Assembly (NCBI GenBank): GCA_036679605.1
Contig: JAZDCZ010000195.1
Span: 1-11,019 of the forward strand
DNA: 11,019 nt
Reading direction: 5' to 3'
DNA from: Gemmatimonadota bacterium
GTDB lineage: Bacteria > Gemmatimonadota > Gemmatimonadetes > Gemmatimonadales > GWC2-71-9
Positions 1 through 7,199 of this stretch are shown piece after piece; the first letter of the stretch is position 1, and each line of letters opens with the position of its first letter. Below the pieces are notes generated by a model. The model made no database searches. It had not been told where the DNA came from and worked only from the letters and a program-made list of their open reading frames with translations. The translations under genes and the position numbers were made by a program.

Positions 1-113
1 GTATGCTGAGCTGATCCAACGATCGGCCTATTACCAGCAGCGCAACGAAGCATCCTACCAAAGCCGCCGCCGATCAGCCCATCGAATGGATTCTTCGTAG
101 CGCTGTCATACTA
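1..113 (+). mobile_element. Probable right end of an IS701-family insertion sequence (transposase C-terminus plus terminal sequence)
   Basis: Frame 2 (2..100) reads YAELIQRSAYYQQRNEASYQSRRRSAHRMDSS*, resembling the Y-x-Q-x-RN-x-A-x-Y-x-S-basic tail I recall from IS701-type transposases. It is followed by CGCTGTCATACTA (101-113), resembling the ...CTGTAGTACTA(G) ends of IS701 elements. The left end is outside the window, so the IR pair and TSD cannot be verified. Confidence 0.6.
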
Positions 114-1040
114 AAGCGACTCATCGAGGGGGAGATTGTTGGAGAAATTGGCGACCAACTTCTCGCCGAGGCAGTAGCTGAATTGGGTGGAGGCGCGGCT
201 GGAGGCCCTGTGGGTTGGGCGCTGACGCTAGTTAGCGTCTCGCTTACAGCGGATGAGTTTCTCTTGGCCGGTTATTGGCGTGATCTGGGCTACGATAACG
301 ACGACTGGTTCGATCTCTACTACCGTACAGGCACGCCGCCATGGGGAGTGCCAGTCCATGTAGTTATCTGGCCGAGGGCGTCTGCGCCGGACGATACCAG
401 CGACGATGATACACAGATTGATTCCGACAACGATGGCGTGCCGGATGTATCCGACGGCTGCCGTTTCGATCCCAACAAGACTTCACCCGGCGAATGCGGA
501 TGCGATGAGGAGGAGACGCCAGGGTGCGGTGCAGACGCCGATAATGATGGCGTGCCGGACGACCAAGACCTCTGTCCGTTTGATCCTGACAAGGTGGCTC
601 CTGGTGAATGTGGCTGTGGGTACTCAGATTTCGCCATATGCGAGCATGTAGATTTCACCGAAGATGAGCCGAATTCATCCGAAGCAACAGCGAACACTCT
701 GCCCTCATTTGAATCATCAATTAAAATCGAAGGGGAAATAGTCGGCACTGAGGATAATATAGACTACTTTTCATTCCCGTCAGAAGGTGGCGTTGCCTTC
801 AGGTTAAGTGTCTCCAGTCCATACCCAATGAAATTCTTTGTAAGATCGTATCTGGATGGGAACGGGTGGAATCACTGCTCTGACGATGTGTATAACACTA
901 GTTGTTGGACATGTTCTGACTGCGAAAGAGTGTTTGTGACGCCGTGGTCAGGAACGTACTACCTTGAAGTTTACTGGGGAACTCAATACTTCTCTTCCGG
1001 CGACGTTTATCCATATGTCATCACACTCCAGAAGGAATAG
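111..1040 (+). pseudogene. 5'-truncated secreted/Ca-binding protein: two thrombospondin type 3-like Cys-rich repeats and a C-terminal PPC-like beta-sandwich
   Basis: The ORF-track start (TTG 183) is unconvincing. The frame reads protein-like from the IS junction (111: LKRLIEGEIVGEIGDQLLAEAVAELGG...). It contains DSDNDGVPDVSDGCRFDPNKTSPGECGC, DADNDGVPDDQDLCPFDPDKVAPGECGC and EDEPNSSEATANTL...IEGEIVGTEDNIDYFSF (PPC-like signature). Stop TAG at 1038-1040. Confidence 0.7.
420..617 (+). repeat. Two 84-bp coding direct repeats (420-503, 534-617) encoding TSP3-like DxDNDGVPD...PGECGC units
   Basis: Both units share gatggcgtgccgga and a PGECGC-encoding end. Confidence 0.85.
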
Positions 1041-1278
1041 GTGCGGCTTGGGCGGGTCGCCAACAGGTGACAATTCGTTACTTGCCGGGAGATTCCTCAT
1101 GACGCCCGCGCCACCACCCCCGGTATCCACGCTGTCACCCTTGCCAACGCCGCTCCCGGCCACGGCCACCACCCACCAGCGATATTTTCTTGCCCACCTA
1201 CCGCCATCCCACCCATCCGATTCCGAGCTCTTGACTCCCGCCATACCGGTCATCATGCATTCTGAGTCGTTTTGAGGG

Positions 1279-1322
1279 GGGTGGCGAAAGGGTGGCGAAA
1301 GGGTGGCGCAGGGGTGGCGCTC
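1279..1322. repeat. Four tandem 11-bp repeats (core GGGTGGCG), candidate integrase arm-type or directionality-factor sites
   Basis: gggtggcgaaa (1279-1289), gggtggcgaaa (1290-1300), gggtggcgcag (1301-1311), gggtggcgctc (1312-1322), about 70 bp from a tRNA fragment. The repeat is seen directly; the function is inferred. Confidence 0.85.
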
Positions 1323-1335
1323 AGGGCATGCAAAC

Positions 1336-1374
1336 AACAAGGACTCACGCCAAGTTGTGGCGTAAGTCCTTGTT
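1336..1374 (-). terminator. 17-bp-stem hairpin downstream of the tRNA fragment, probable intrinsic terminator
   Basis: aacaaggactcacgcca-agttg-tggcgtaagtccttgtt. The single mismatch becomes a U-G pair only on the minus (tRNA-sense) strand, where the stem ends in a U-rich run (uuguuguuug). Confidence 0.65.
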
Positions 1375-1392
1375 ATTACTTGGTTTAGAACA

Positions 1393-1434
1393 TCGGGGCG
1401 ACTGGATTCGAACCAGCGACCTCTTGACCCCCAG
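1393..1434 (-). tRNA. 3' half of tRNA-Pro(GGG): att-site duplication, not an intact tRNA
   Basis: The minus strand reads CTGGGGG TCAAG AGGTC GCTGG TTCGAAT CCAGT CGCCCCG A: anticodon loop (GGG), 3' anticodon stem, variable loop, T arm and 3' acceptor strand. The upstream GTTCGC cannot pair with TCAAG, and no D arm or 5' acceptor strand is present. Confidence 0.9.
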
Positions 1435-1693
1435 GCGAACAAACGCCTAACATCTAAAGCCTCGCTGTGTAAAGGCTTACGCTAATTACTGCAATTTCGC
1501 CTGAACGAGGTAGAGCAAGATAGGTCGAGATAGATCGAGGCTGCGCCGCCGCCTTGGGGCAGCGCTGATTGTTGTCCGATCTGGATGCCTGCTCCCGCGA
1601 CCGCCATCAGCATTGTTCCGCAGATCTCGAATCGGTAGCATAGGCAAACTGGACTGGGGTCGCTCATCATTTCCCAAAGAGGAGGAGAAGCTC

Positions 1694-3793
1694 ATGAAAC
1701 CCCTCGTCTTGCTCATCGTATGCACCAACCTCCTGTGGGTGGTCACGCAGGCTTCGGCCCAGACCCTTTACGTGGACGACGACGCCTCGACCAACGGGAA
1801 CGGTCAATCCTGGAGCACAGCCTATAAGTACCTTCAGGACGCCCTCCATGATGCAGACACTAACGGCGGCATCACTGAAATCCACGTCGGCCAAGGCACC
1901 TACAAGCCCGATCAAGACGAGGGAGGAATCGTGACGCCGGATGCCCGGACGGCTACCTTCCAGCTGCTCAGCGGCGTGGCACTCACGGGTGGGTATGCCG
2001 GTATCGGTGCGCCTGATCCCGACTTGCGGGATGTGGACAGTAATGCCAGCATTCTCAACGGCGATCTCGCCGGAGACGATGTGCCCACGAACGGGCCGGA
2101 CATTGCCCATAATTCAGAAAACAGCCTGAGCGTTCTCACCGGTGACGATACAGACAGCTCGGCTGTGCTGGACGGCTTCCTGATTGTAAATGGGAACGCG
2201 GATCGGGGGGGAGGCGGGATGCGGAGTCAGAACGGCAGCCCGATGGTGGCGAACTGCACTTTCATGCACAACGCAGCCGACGACGTGGAGTTCGGTGGTG
2301 GCGGGATGCGGAGTCAGGGCGGCAACCCGACGTTGACCGGCTGCATATTCCGTGAGAACGCGACTGGTGCAGAGGGAGGCGCGGTCAAGATTCGCGGCAG
2401 CATCACGGCGGAGAACTGCCTCTTTGCCGACAACAGGGCAGATAATGGAGGTGGCGCGATGATGTTCTTCGAGGAGGGCACTGGCTCAGTGATCAACTGC
2501 GTGTTCCTGCGAAACACGACACCGGATTTCGCAATTGGTGGAGGCCTATGGGTGAACGACAGCACGGTGATGGTCTCGGCCTGCACCTTCATCAGGAATG
2601 CGGCTGGGGCAGGAGGCGGGATCATCGACCAGGGACAGATGGTCTTGGTCAACTCCGTTTTCACCGGGAATGAGGCCATAGGACCATTTGGATTGGGTGG
2701 AGGTATGGTGACCACCCAAAGCCCGACTGTGACCAACTGCACGTTCAGCGGAAATACTGCCGGTTTCCAAGGCGGCGGGATGCTCACCTACAGCAATAGC
2801 CCGACGGTGACCAACTGCATCTTCTGGGGGAACTCAGACGCGGGAGGAATAGACGAGTCCGGGCAAATTCACGTTGACACGGCGACTCCGGTCGTGAATC
2901 ACAGCAACATCCAGGGCGGATGGACAGGTCTCGGCGGGAATAACACAAACGCAGACCCACTATTCGTGGACTCCAACGGCACAGACAACATCCCCGGAAC
3001 CGAAGATGACGACGTTCGTTTGCTCCCCGGCTCACCCTGTATAGACACCGGTGACGACGACGCCGACATCGACGCCAGCACGTCGGGGCTACAGCCGCTT
3101 CCCCCAACCGATGTCGACGGCAACCCACGCATCTTCGATTGTCACGTAGACATCGGAGCATACGAGTTTCAGGGCGAGAACATCATGTTCGGCGACTTCG
3201 ACGACAACTGTCTCATCGACCTCGATGACTACGAGGTCTTCGAGATTTGCCTGTCGCTCTCCGGTCCCGGTGGTGATCCGTTCTTTCAGGAATGCTCTGA
3301 CATCTTCGACAGCGACGACGATGGCGATGTGGACCTCGCCGATTTCAGCGCTTTCCAGATAGCCATCAGCATTGACCCAATGGACAATATCGGGTGGTTG
3401 GTACGTGAGATCAACGCGGGGCATATTGGCAGTATCCCTGCAATCGATCCAACGGTTGAGCAGGTCATCACCGGTACTGGGCTGCGGTACTTTGATATCG
3501 TCACGGGTTCCGGGGATTCGGCGGTGGGACATTCATTTGTAACCGTGGATTATGTGATGTGGCTGGTTGACGAGGTAGGGACATTCATCGATCAGGGGAG
3601 CAGCGCTCAGTTTTCACTTGGGGGGGTGATATCAGGTTTCGCGGAAGGCGTGGGTTCAATGAATGTTGGCGGCGTGCGGAGGATGTTCATGCCGCCAGAG
3701 TTGGGATTCGGCGAGGGAGGCAATCCCGGAGCGGGGGTACCTCCGAATGCCTGGCTCGTGTTTGACGTGGAGCTTCTTGCCGTTTCGGATTGA
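1694..3793 (+). CDS. Secreted right-handed parallel beta-helix protein with choice-of-anchor-Q-like motif, dockerin/EF-hand-like module and C-terminal FKBP-type PPIase domain (699 aa)
   Basis: RBS GGAGGAG at 1681-1687 before ATG 1694. Signal peptide MKPLVLLIVCTNLLWVVTQASA|Q. YVDDDA...GQSWSTAYKYLQDAL; repeated GGGM...PTVTNCTFSGN; DVDGNPRI..VDIGAYE; GDFDDNCLIDLDD and DSDDDGDVDLADF; FKBP motifs TGLRYFDIVTGSG, VISGFAEGVGSMNVGGVRRMFMPPELGFG, VPPNAWLVFDVELL (about 3470-3790). Confidence 0.92.
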   Translation: MKPLVLLIVCTNLLWVVTQASAQTLYVDDDASTNGNGQSWSTAYKYLQDALHDADTNGGITEIHVGQGTYKPDQDEGGIVTPDARTATFQLLSGVALTGGYAGIGAPDPDLRDVDSNASILNGDLAGDDVPTNGPDIAHNSENSLSVLTGDDTDSSAVLDGFLIVNGNADRGGGGMRSQNGSPMVANCTFMHNAADDVEFGGGGMRSQGGNPTLTGCIFRENATGAEGGAVKIRGSITAENCLFADNRADNGGGAMMFFEEGTGSVINCVFLRNTTPDFAIGGGLWVNDSTVMVSACTFIRNAAGAGGGIIDQGQMVLVNSVFTGNEAIGPFGLGGGMVTTQSPTVTNCTFSGNTAGFQGGGMLTYSNSPTVTNCIFWGNSDAGGIDESGQIHVDTATPVVNHSNIQGGWTGLGGNNTNADPLFVDSNGTDNIPGTEDDDVRLLPGSPCIDTGDDDADIDASTSGLQPLPPTDVDGNPRIFDCHVDIGAYEFQGENIMFGDFDDNCLIDLDDYEVFEICLSLSGPGGDPFFQECSDIFDSDDDGDVDLADFSAFQIAISIDPMDNIGWLVREINAGHIGSIPAIDPTVEQVITGTGLRYFDIVTGSGDSAVGHSFVTVDYVMWLVDEVGTFIDQGSSAQFSLGGVISGFAEGVGSMNVGGVRRMFMPPELGFGEGGNPGAGVPPNAWLVFDVELLAVSD
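2213..2317 (+). repeat. Exact 18-bp intragenic repeat (2213-2230, 2300-2317) from beta-helix rung duplication
   Basis: ggcgggatgcggagtcag occurs twice (GGMRSQ). A second near-identical pair gcccgac(t/g)gtgaccaactgca occurs near 2721 and 2799. Confidence 0.8.
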
Positions 3794-4012
3794 CCCAGCG
3801 GAACCGTCACTGTTCAGGTCGCCCTTGGTGACGTTGATGGCGTACCTAACGCCCCGGATGCCTGCGATTACGCGCCGCTCGGGGCGAGCATCGCCACGGA
3901 CCCGCAGGATGCTTTGTACGGCACCCTTCGCGGTGATCTGGACGGCGATTGTGACTGCGATCTGATTGACTTTGCTATATTTCAGGGTGATTTCACTGGC
4001 CCGAACCCGTAG
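3794..4012 (+). pseudogene. Start-less 72-codon frame encoding a degenerate TSP3-like repeat and a dockerin-like C-terminal module, in frame with the upstream CDS
   Basis: Translates to PSGTVTVQVALGDVDGVPNAPDACDYAPLGASIATDPQDALYGTLRGDLDGDCDCDLIDFAIFQGDFTGPNP*, directly after TGA 3791-3793. It is absent from the supplied ORF track. Confidence 0.75.
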
Positions 4013-4176
4013 GGGTGTGACCATGCCGTAGTGACTGATTGGACCTCAGAATCCGGGACCACCCGTTCCGCAACCCTACGGAGCAAGCCGAGGACGTGAC
4101 GAAGAATCGTATGTCCATGAAGGTCTCCCCCAAGCATCTCACTTGACCAGGGCGGGCCTTGTTGGAGGCTCATGGC

Positions 4177-5271
4177 ATGTCGAAACGGAAAAACCCGAGG
4201 GGTAAAACGAGAATTCATCGAGAACCTCGGGGAACCCCGATCAGCGTTCATGAGGGCACAGACCTTTCACTCTACTGGCACTGTGCCTCGGACATGGGGC
4301 AGGAAGATGCCAGAGGGTTCGACTCGCTTGGCTATCCGGTTGGCTGGGTAGGCGACGAGGAGGATCGCTGGCAGCTCTGGTTCACGGGGAGCCCTGCTCG
4401 GGGGGATGCCCTGCCTCCCGATTACCCGCTTTTCTGGGAATACATCGAGTACACGGATTCCAGCAGCCGCAAGAAACCGGCAGCGCTGGAGGCCGTCTCG
4501 CCCGTGATCCTGAACCCCTCCATGCCCAACTGGTCACCCGAAGAAGCGCGACTGGCAATGCAGGTTGAAAACGAGACGGCGCAGTCCTCGATCAAGACGC
4601 GGCGGGCGAAACACAAATTGGAGGCGTGGGATCTCGGGGCACGCACGGTCAAGGGCATCGCTTGTCCACGGTTTCGCGCCAATGAGCGACGTAAGGAATG
4701 CGTTACGGTGGAGTTGGAACCGTATTCTACAGCCAGAATGCTGCTTCGCGTCATTGAACAAGCGTCGATGCACCTCCCCAAGGCGTCCGTGAAAGACTCC
4801 GAGCTTGAACCCTTGCTGAAGTTGACAGAGTTCCTTGGAGCGATGGACTACAAGAACTTCGGTCTGGCGGCATCGATGTGCGCTGGCCGCTACGTCAAGG
4901 CGTTCACGATTGCCGTCCCTGAGCCGTATCGATCCTTGATACTGCCCGGTTTTTGCGAATTTGCTGCGGAAGAATTGGAACGCATCGCTCCCGAAACTCA
5001 CGAGGCGGCGATGGATATCCCCACCATCAAACAATTTGTCGCTGGAGGACCGAATGATGGCTTCATCAGCATCGAGCAAATCGCCCTCGATCTTGACAAC
5101 GACGACCAGGCCGTGGGGGCGACCACCCCACGACGGCTAGCTGAGAAACTGGACCGATTGGGCGTGCAGATCATCGCCCACCAGCTTCTCGGGGATGCCA
5201 TCTTGCTCAGAGTCTATCGCAAGCACCGCGCAACACTTCTCCGTCACGGCAACGAAAAGCCGTGGCAATGA
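4177..5271 (+). CDS. Hypothetical protein (364 aa)
   Basis: Long ORF with GGAGG at 4164-4168, 8 nt before ATG 4177 (MSKRKNPRGK...). No motif recognised. Confidence 0.8.
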   Translation: MSKRKNPRGKTRIHREPRGTPISVHEGTDLSLYWHCASDMGQEDARGFDSLGYPVGWVGDEEDRWQLWFTGSPARGDALPPDYPLFWEYIEYTDSSSRKKPAALEAVSPVILNPSMPNWSPEEARLAMQVENETAQSSIKTRRAKHKLEAWDLGARTVKGIACPRFRANERRKECVTVELEPYSTARMLLRVIEQASMHLPKASVKDSELEPLLKLTEFLGAMDYKNFGLAASMCAGRYVKAFTIAVPEPYRSLILPGFCEFAAEELERIAPETHEAAMDIPTIKQFVAGGPNDGFISIEQIALDLDNDDQAVGATTPRRLAEKLDRLGVQIIAHQLLGDAILLRVYRKHRATLLRHGNEKPWQ

Positions 5272-5398
5272 GTTCTTCATCTCCCCCGCTGATCCTGCCG
5301 TTTCCCTGACTTCCCTCTCCCATCGTGAATAATTCTCTCAGACGACGGGTCACGAAGACTCATGCATCGTCTGTTGCGTTTTGATTCGGTGGTGAGGA

Positions 5399-5704
5399 AT
5401 GACGGAAGAAGACACCAAGCAGATTATCGACCTGCTCCATTCGATTGACCGTCGTCTTGCGACGGTTGCCGGTGGTCTCGGGAATGATCTGCCTCCATCC
5501 ATCAACCCTCATCAGAGTTACACGCGCCGTCAAACAGCGCGCCTGCTCGGGGTGAGTACGTGGACCGTGGATCGGGCGCGCAAGGACGGGTTGCTGATCG
5601 AGGCGCGTCGCATGGGCAAACGTGATGTCCGCATCACAGGTGAATCGATCTTGGAGTTTCATCAACGGGCGCGTCGGTCATCGACGTTGGTCCAGAAACT
5701 CTAG
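5399..5704 (+). CDS. Excisionase/MerR-like helix-turn-helix DNA-binding protein (HTH_17-like)
   Basis: SYTRRQTARLLGVSTWTVDRARKDGLL...RRMGKRDVRITGESILEF matches the Xis-like winged-HTH pattern. 101 aa, purine-rich ggtggtgagga before the ATG. Confidence 0.85.
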   Translation: MTEEDTKQIIDLLHSIDRRLATVAGGLGNDLPPSINPHQSYTRRQTARLLGVSTWTVDRARKDGLLIEARRMGKRDVRITGESILEFHQRARRSSTLVQKL

Positions 5705-5713
5705 GAAGAAATA

Positions 5714-5847
5714 GACGTTTTCGTCGCGACCTGTGTGGGTCGCAGGGTCGGGAGTAATTACCCCGATCAGTAATGGTGGCAAGTCCACCGATCCGGGCCC
5801 GGATCAATCCTGTTTCGAACCGGGGGCGCGGTACGTACCGCGCCCCC
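5714..5847. other. Intergenic array of six consecutive inverted repeats/palindromes (structured RNA leader or cis-acting DNA site)
   Basis: gacg-tttt-cgtc 5714-5725; gcgacc-tgtgtg-ggtcgc 5726-5743; tcggg(a)gtaa|ttaccccga 5748-5766; ggtgg-caagt-ccacc 5775-5789; perfect gatccgggcccggatc 5790-5805; perfect 26-bp gggggcgcggtacgtaccgcgccccc 5822-5847. Confidence 0.85.
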
Positions 5848-5864
5848 AGAAAAGGATTGTACCC

Positions 5865-7199
5865 ATGAAGATTGTGAAACAGACAAGTAAACGTCCTGGC
5901 ATGGCAGACGGACTCGATACCTGGATCGTCGAGCACCCTGAATTCATCCAAATGGCGCACCGCCTTGACCGGCTCCAGTCGAAGGAGTTGCGTACCGGAT
6001 TGGCATTTGGAGCGCTCGCGGATCGTTACATCAAGCGCTACGACCGCGTGCTGAATGCCGCCAAACTCGCGCAGCTCATGACCGAGGTGACAGGCAAACC
6101 TTATGGCAGGTCGAAGATCAACGATCACCGTAGCGCCTATCGTATGTATCGATTGTGGAGGCAGAAATGTGGTGACCGGTCACCACATTTGGAAATCACC
6201 AAACTGGCCCGCGCATGGGGCGCAAACAAGGGGACTTTCAATGACGATGACAAAGTGCAACTCTGCCAACGTGCAGCGGAAAAAGGGTTGAGCAAGGCGC
6301 AGATGAAGGACGAAATCCTTCGGATTTCGACGGAGAAGACCCGTACTGATTTGACCTACGACATCGCTCCAGCCATCGAGCAGGTTAGATGCATGGACGG
6401 GTTAGACCTTCTTCGGAATTGCGATCCTGATTCGGTTGACGTGGTCATCCTCGACTGGATGTACAAACCCTACATGGGAGGTGACAAGGATTTACCTCAA
6501 GTCCATCTGCCCGATGATCCTGCCGGTCACCTCATCGACTGCATCGAGGCAGCGCGAAGGGTGCTGACTGCACACGGAATTGTCGCCCTCTTCGTGGACC
6601 ATCAATCGGATCATGACGAGCGCGTCATCCGTGCATTGAAGGCATCCAACCTCACACGGGTTGATCAGTATGTGTGGAACAAACCTGCGGCGACGTTTTC
6701 TGGAAAAACTGGGGCGATCTTTGCCAACAACCACGAGATTGTGGACATCTATCGGCGCGCCGACACCAAAACCTTCCCCCCTCACCTGAAGTATGAACGG
6801 TCGGTCAGTCCCAGGTGGCATAGCCGATCCCACCGCACGACTTCTGAGCGCGGGGTCCATCCTTTCGAGAAACCTGTGGAGTTGATGAAGGCATTGATCA
6901 GCACCGTCACGGTGAATGGCTTGGTCGTTGATCCCTTCGCAGGATCGGGAAGTTCCGGCGTTGCCGCAATCGAACTGGGTTGCGGTTATCGCGGTGCGGA
7001 GATGATCGAGGAGTACGTCGAGATCGCAAACCGTCGTATCTCCTGCGCCGCAGACCGAGAAAAGGAAACCGTAGAGGCAATCAACGCTGCTCTGGTCGGC
7101 GCAAACGGCGAGCAACGAGCAGCAATCGTCGTTCACTTGAAAAACGCGGGAATCAATTTGACTGAAACTGAGGAAATCAAACTGGAGGACGCAGCATGA
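5865..7199 (+). CDS. Beta-class N4C/N6A DNA methyltransferase-like protein with an N-terminal helical (DUF1016_N/LmbU-like) region and a non-canonical catalytic motif
   Basis: RBS-like agaaaagga 5848-5856 favours ATG 5865. MDGLDLL..C.PDSVDVVILDWMY (motif IV position, 6453-6464), VWNKP, HPFEKPVELMKALI, VVDPFAGSGSSGVAA (motif I, from about 6930) and GAEM.EEYVEIANRRI give beta motif order. The N-terminal assignment is tentative. Confidence 0.9.
   Translation: MKIVKQTSKRPGMADGLDTWIVEHPEFIQMAHRLDRLQSKELRTGLAFGALADRYIKRYDRVLNAAKLAQLMTEVTGKPYGRSKINDHRSAYRMYRLWRQKCGDRSPHLEITKLARAWGANKGTFNDDDKVQLCQRAAEKGLSKAQMKDEILRISTEKTRTDLTYDIAPAIEQVRCMDGLDLLRNCDPDSVDVVILDWMYKPYMGGDKDLPQVHLPDDPAGHLIDCIEAARRVLTAHGIVALFVDHQSDHDERVIRALKASNLTRVDQYVWNKPAATFSGKTGAIFANNHEIVDIYRRADTKTFPPHLKYERSVSPRWHSRSHRTTSERGVHPFEKPVELMKALISTVTVNGLVVDPFAGSGSSGVAAIELGCGYRGAEMIEEYVEIANRRISCAADREKETVEAINAALVGANGEQRAAIVVHLKNAGINLTETEEIKLEDAA

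Noticed and set aside
1279..1322. CRISPR array
   Set aside because: 11-bp units with no spacers and no cas genes.
948..1442. 164-aa minus-strand ORF and 103-aa plus-strand ORF (964-1275)
   Set aside because: Low-complexity translations across the tRNA fragment, terminator and repeats, or overlapping the upstream gene; no RBS or domain.
1393..1470. Intact tRNA-Pro gene
   Set aside because: Only the 3' half is present; there is no D arm, 5' acceptor strand or 5' anticodon stem.
1613..1693. Start at 1613 for the beta-helix protein
   Set aside because: ATG 1694 has a strong RBS and begins a signal peptide.
1667..3532. Multiple minus-strand ORFs within the beta-helix gene
   Set aside because: Shadow ORFs of a GC-rich, motif-supported plus-strand gene.
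5733..5864. GTG 5733 as MTase start
   Set aside because: It lies within the hairpin array with no RBS; ATG 5865 has an RBS-like sequence.
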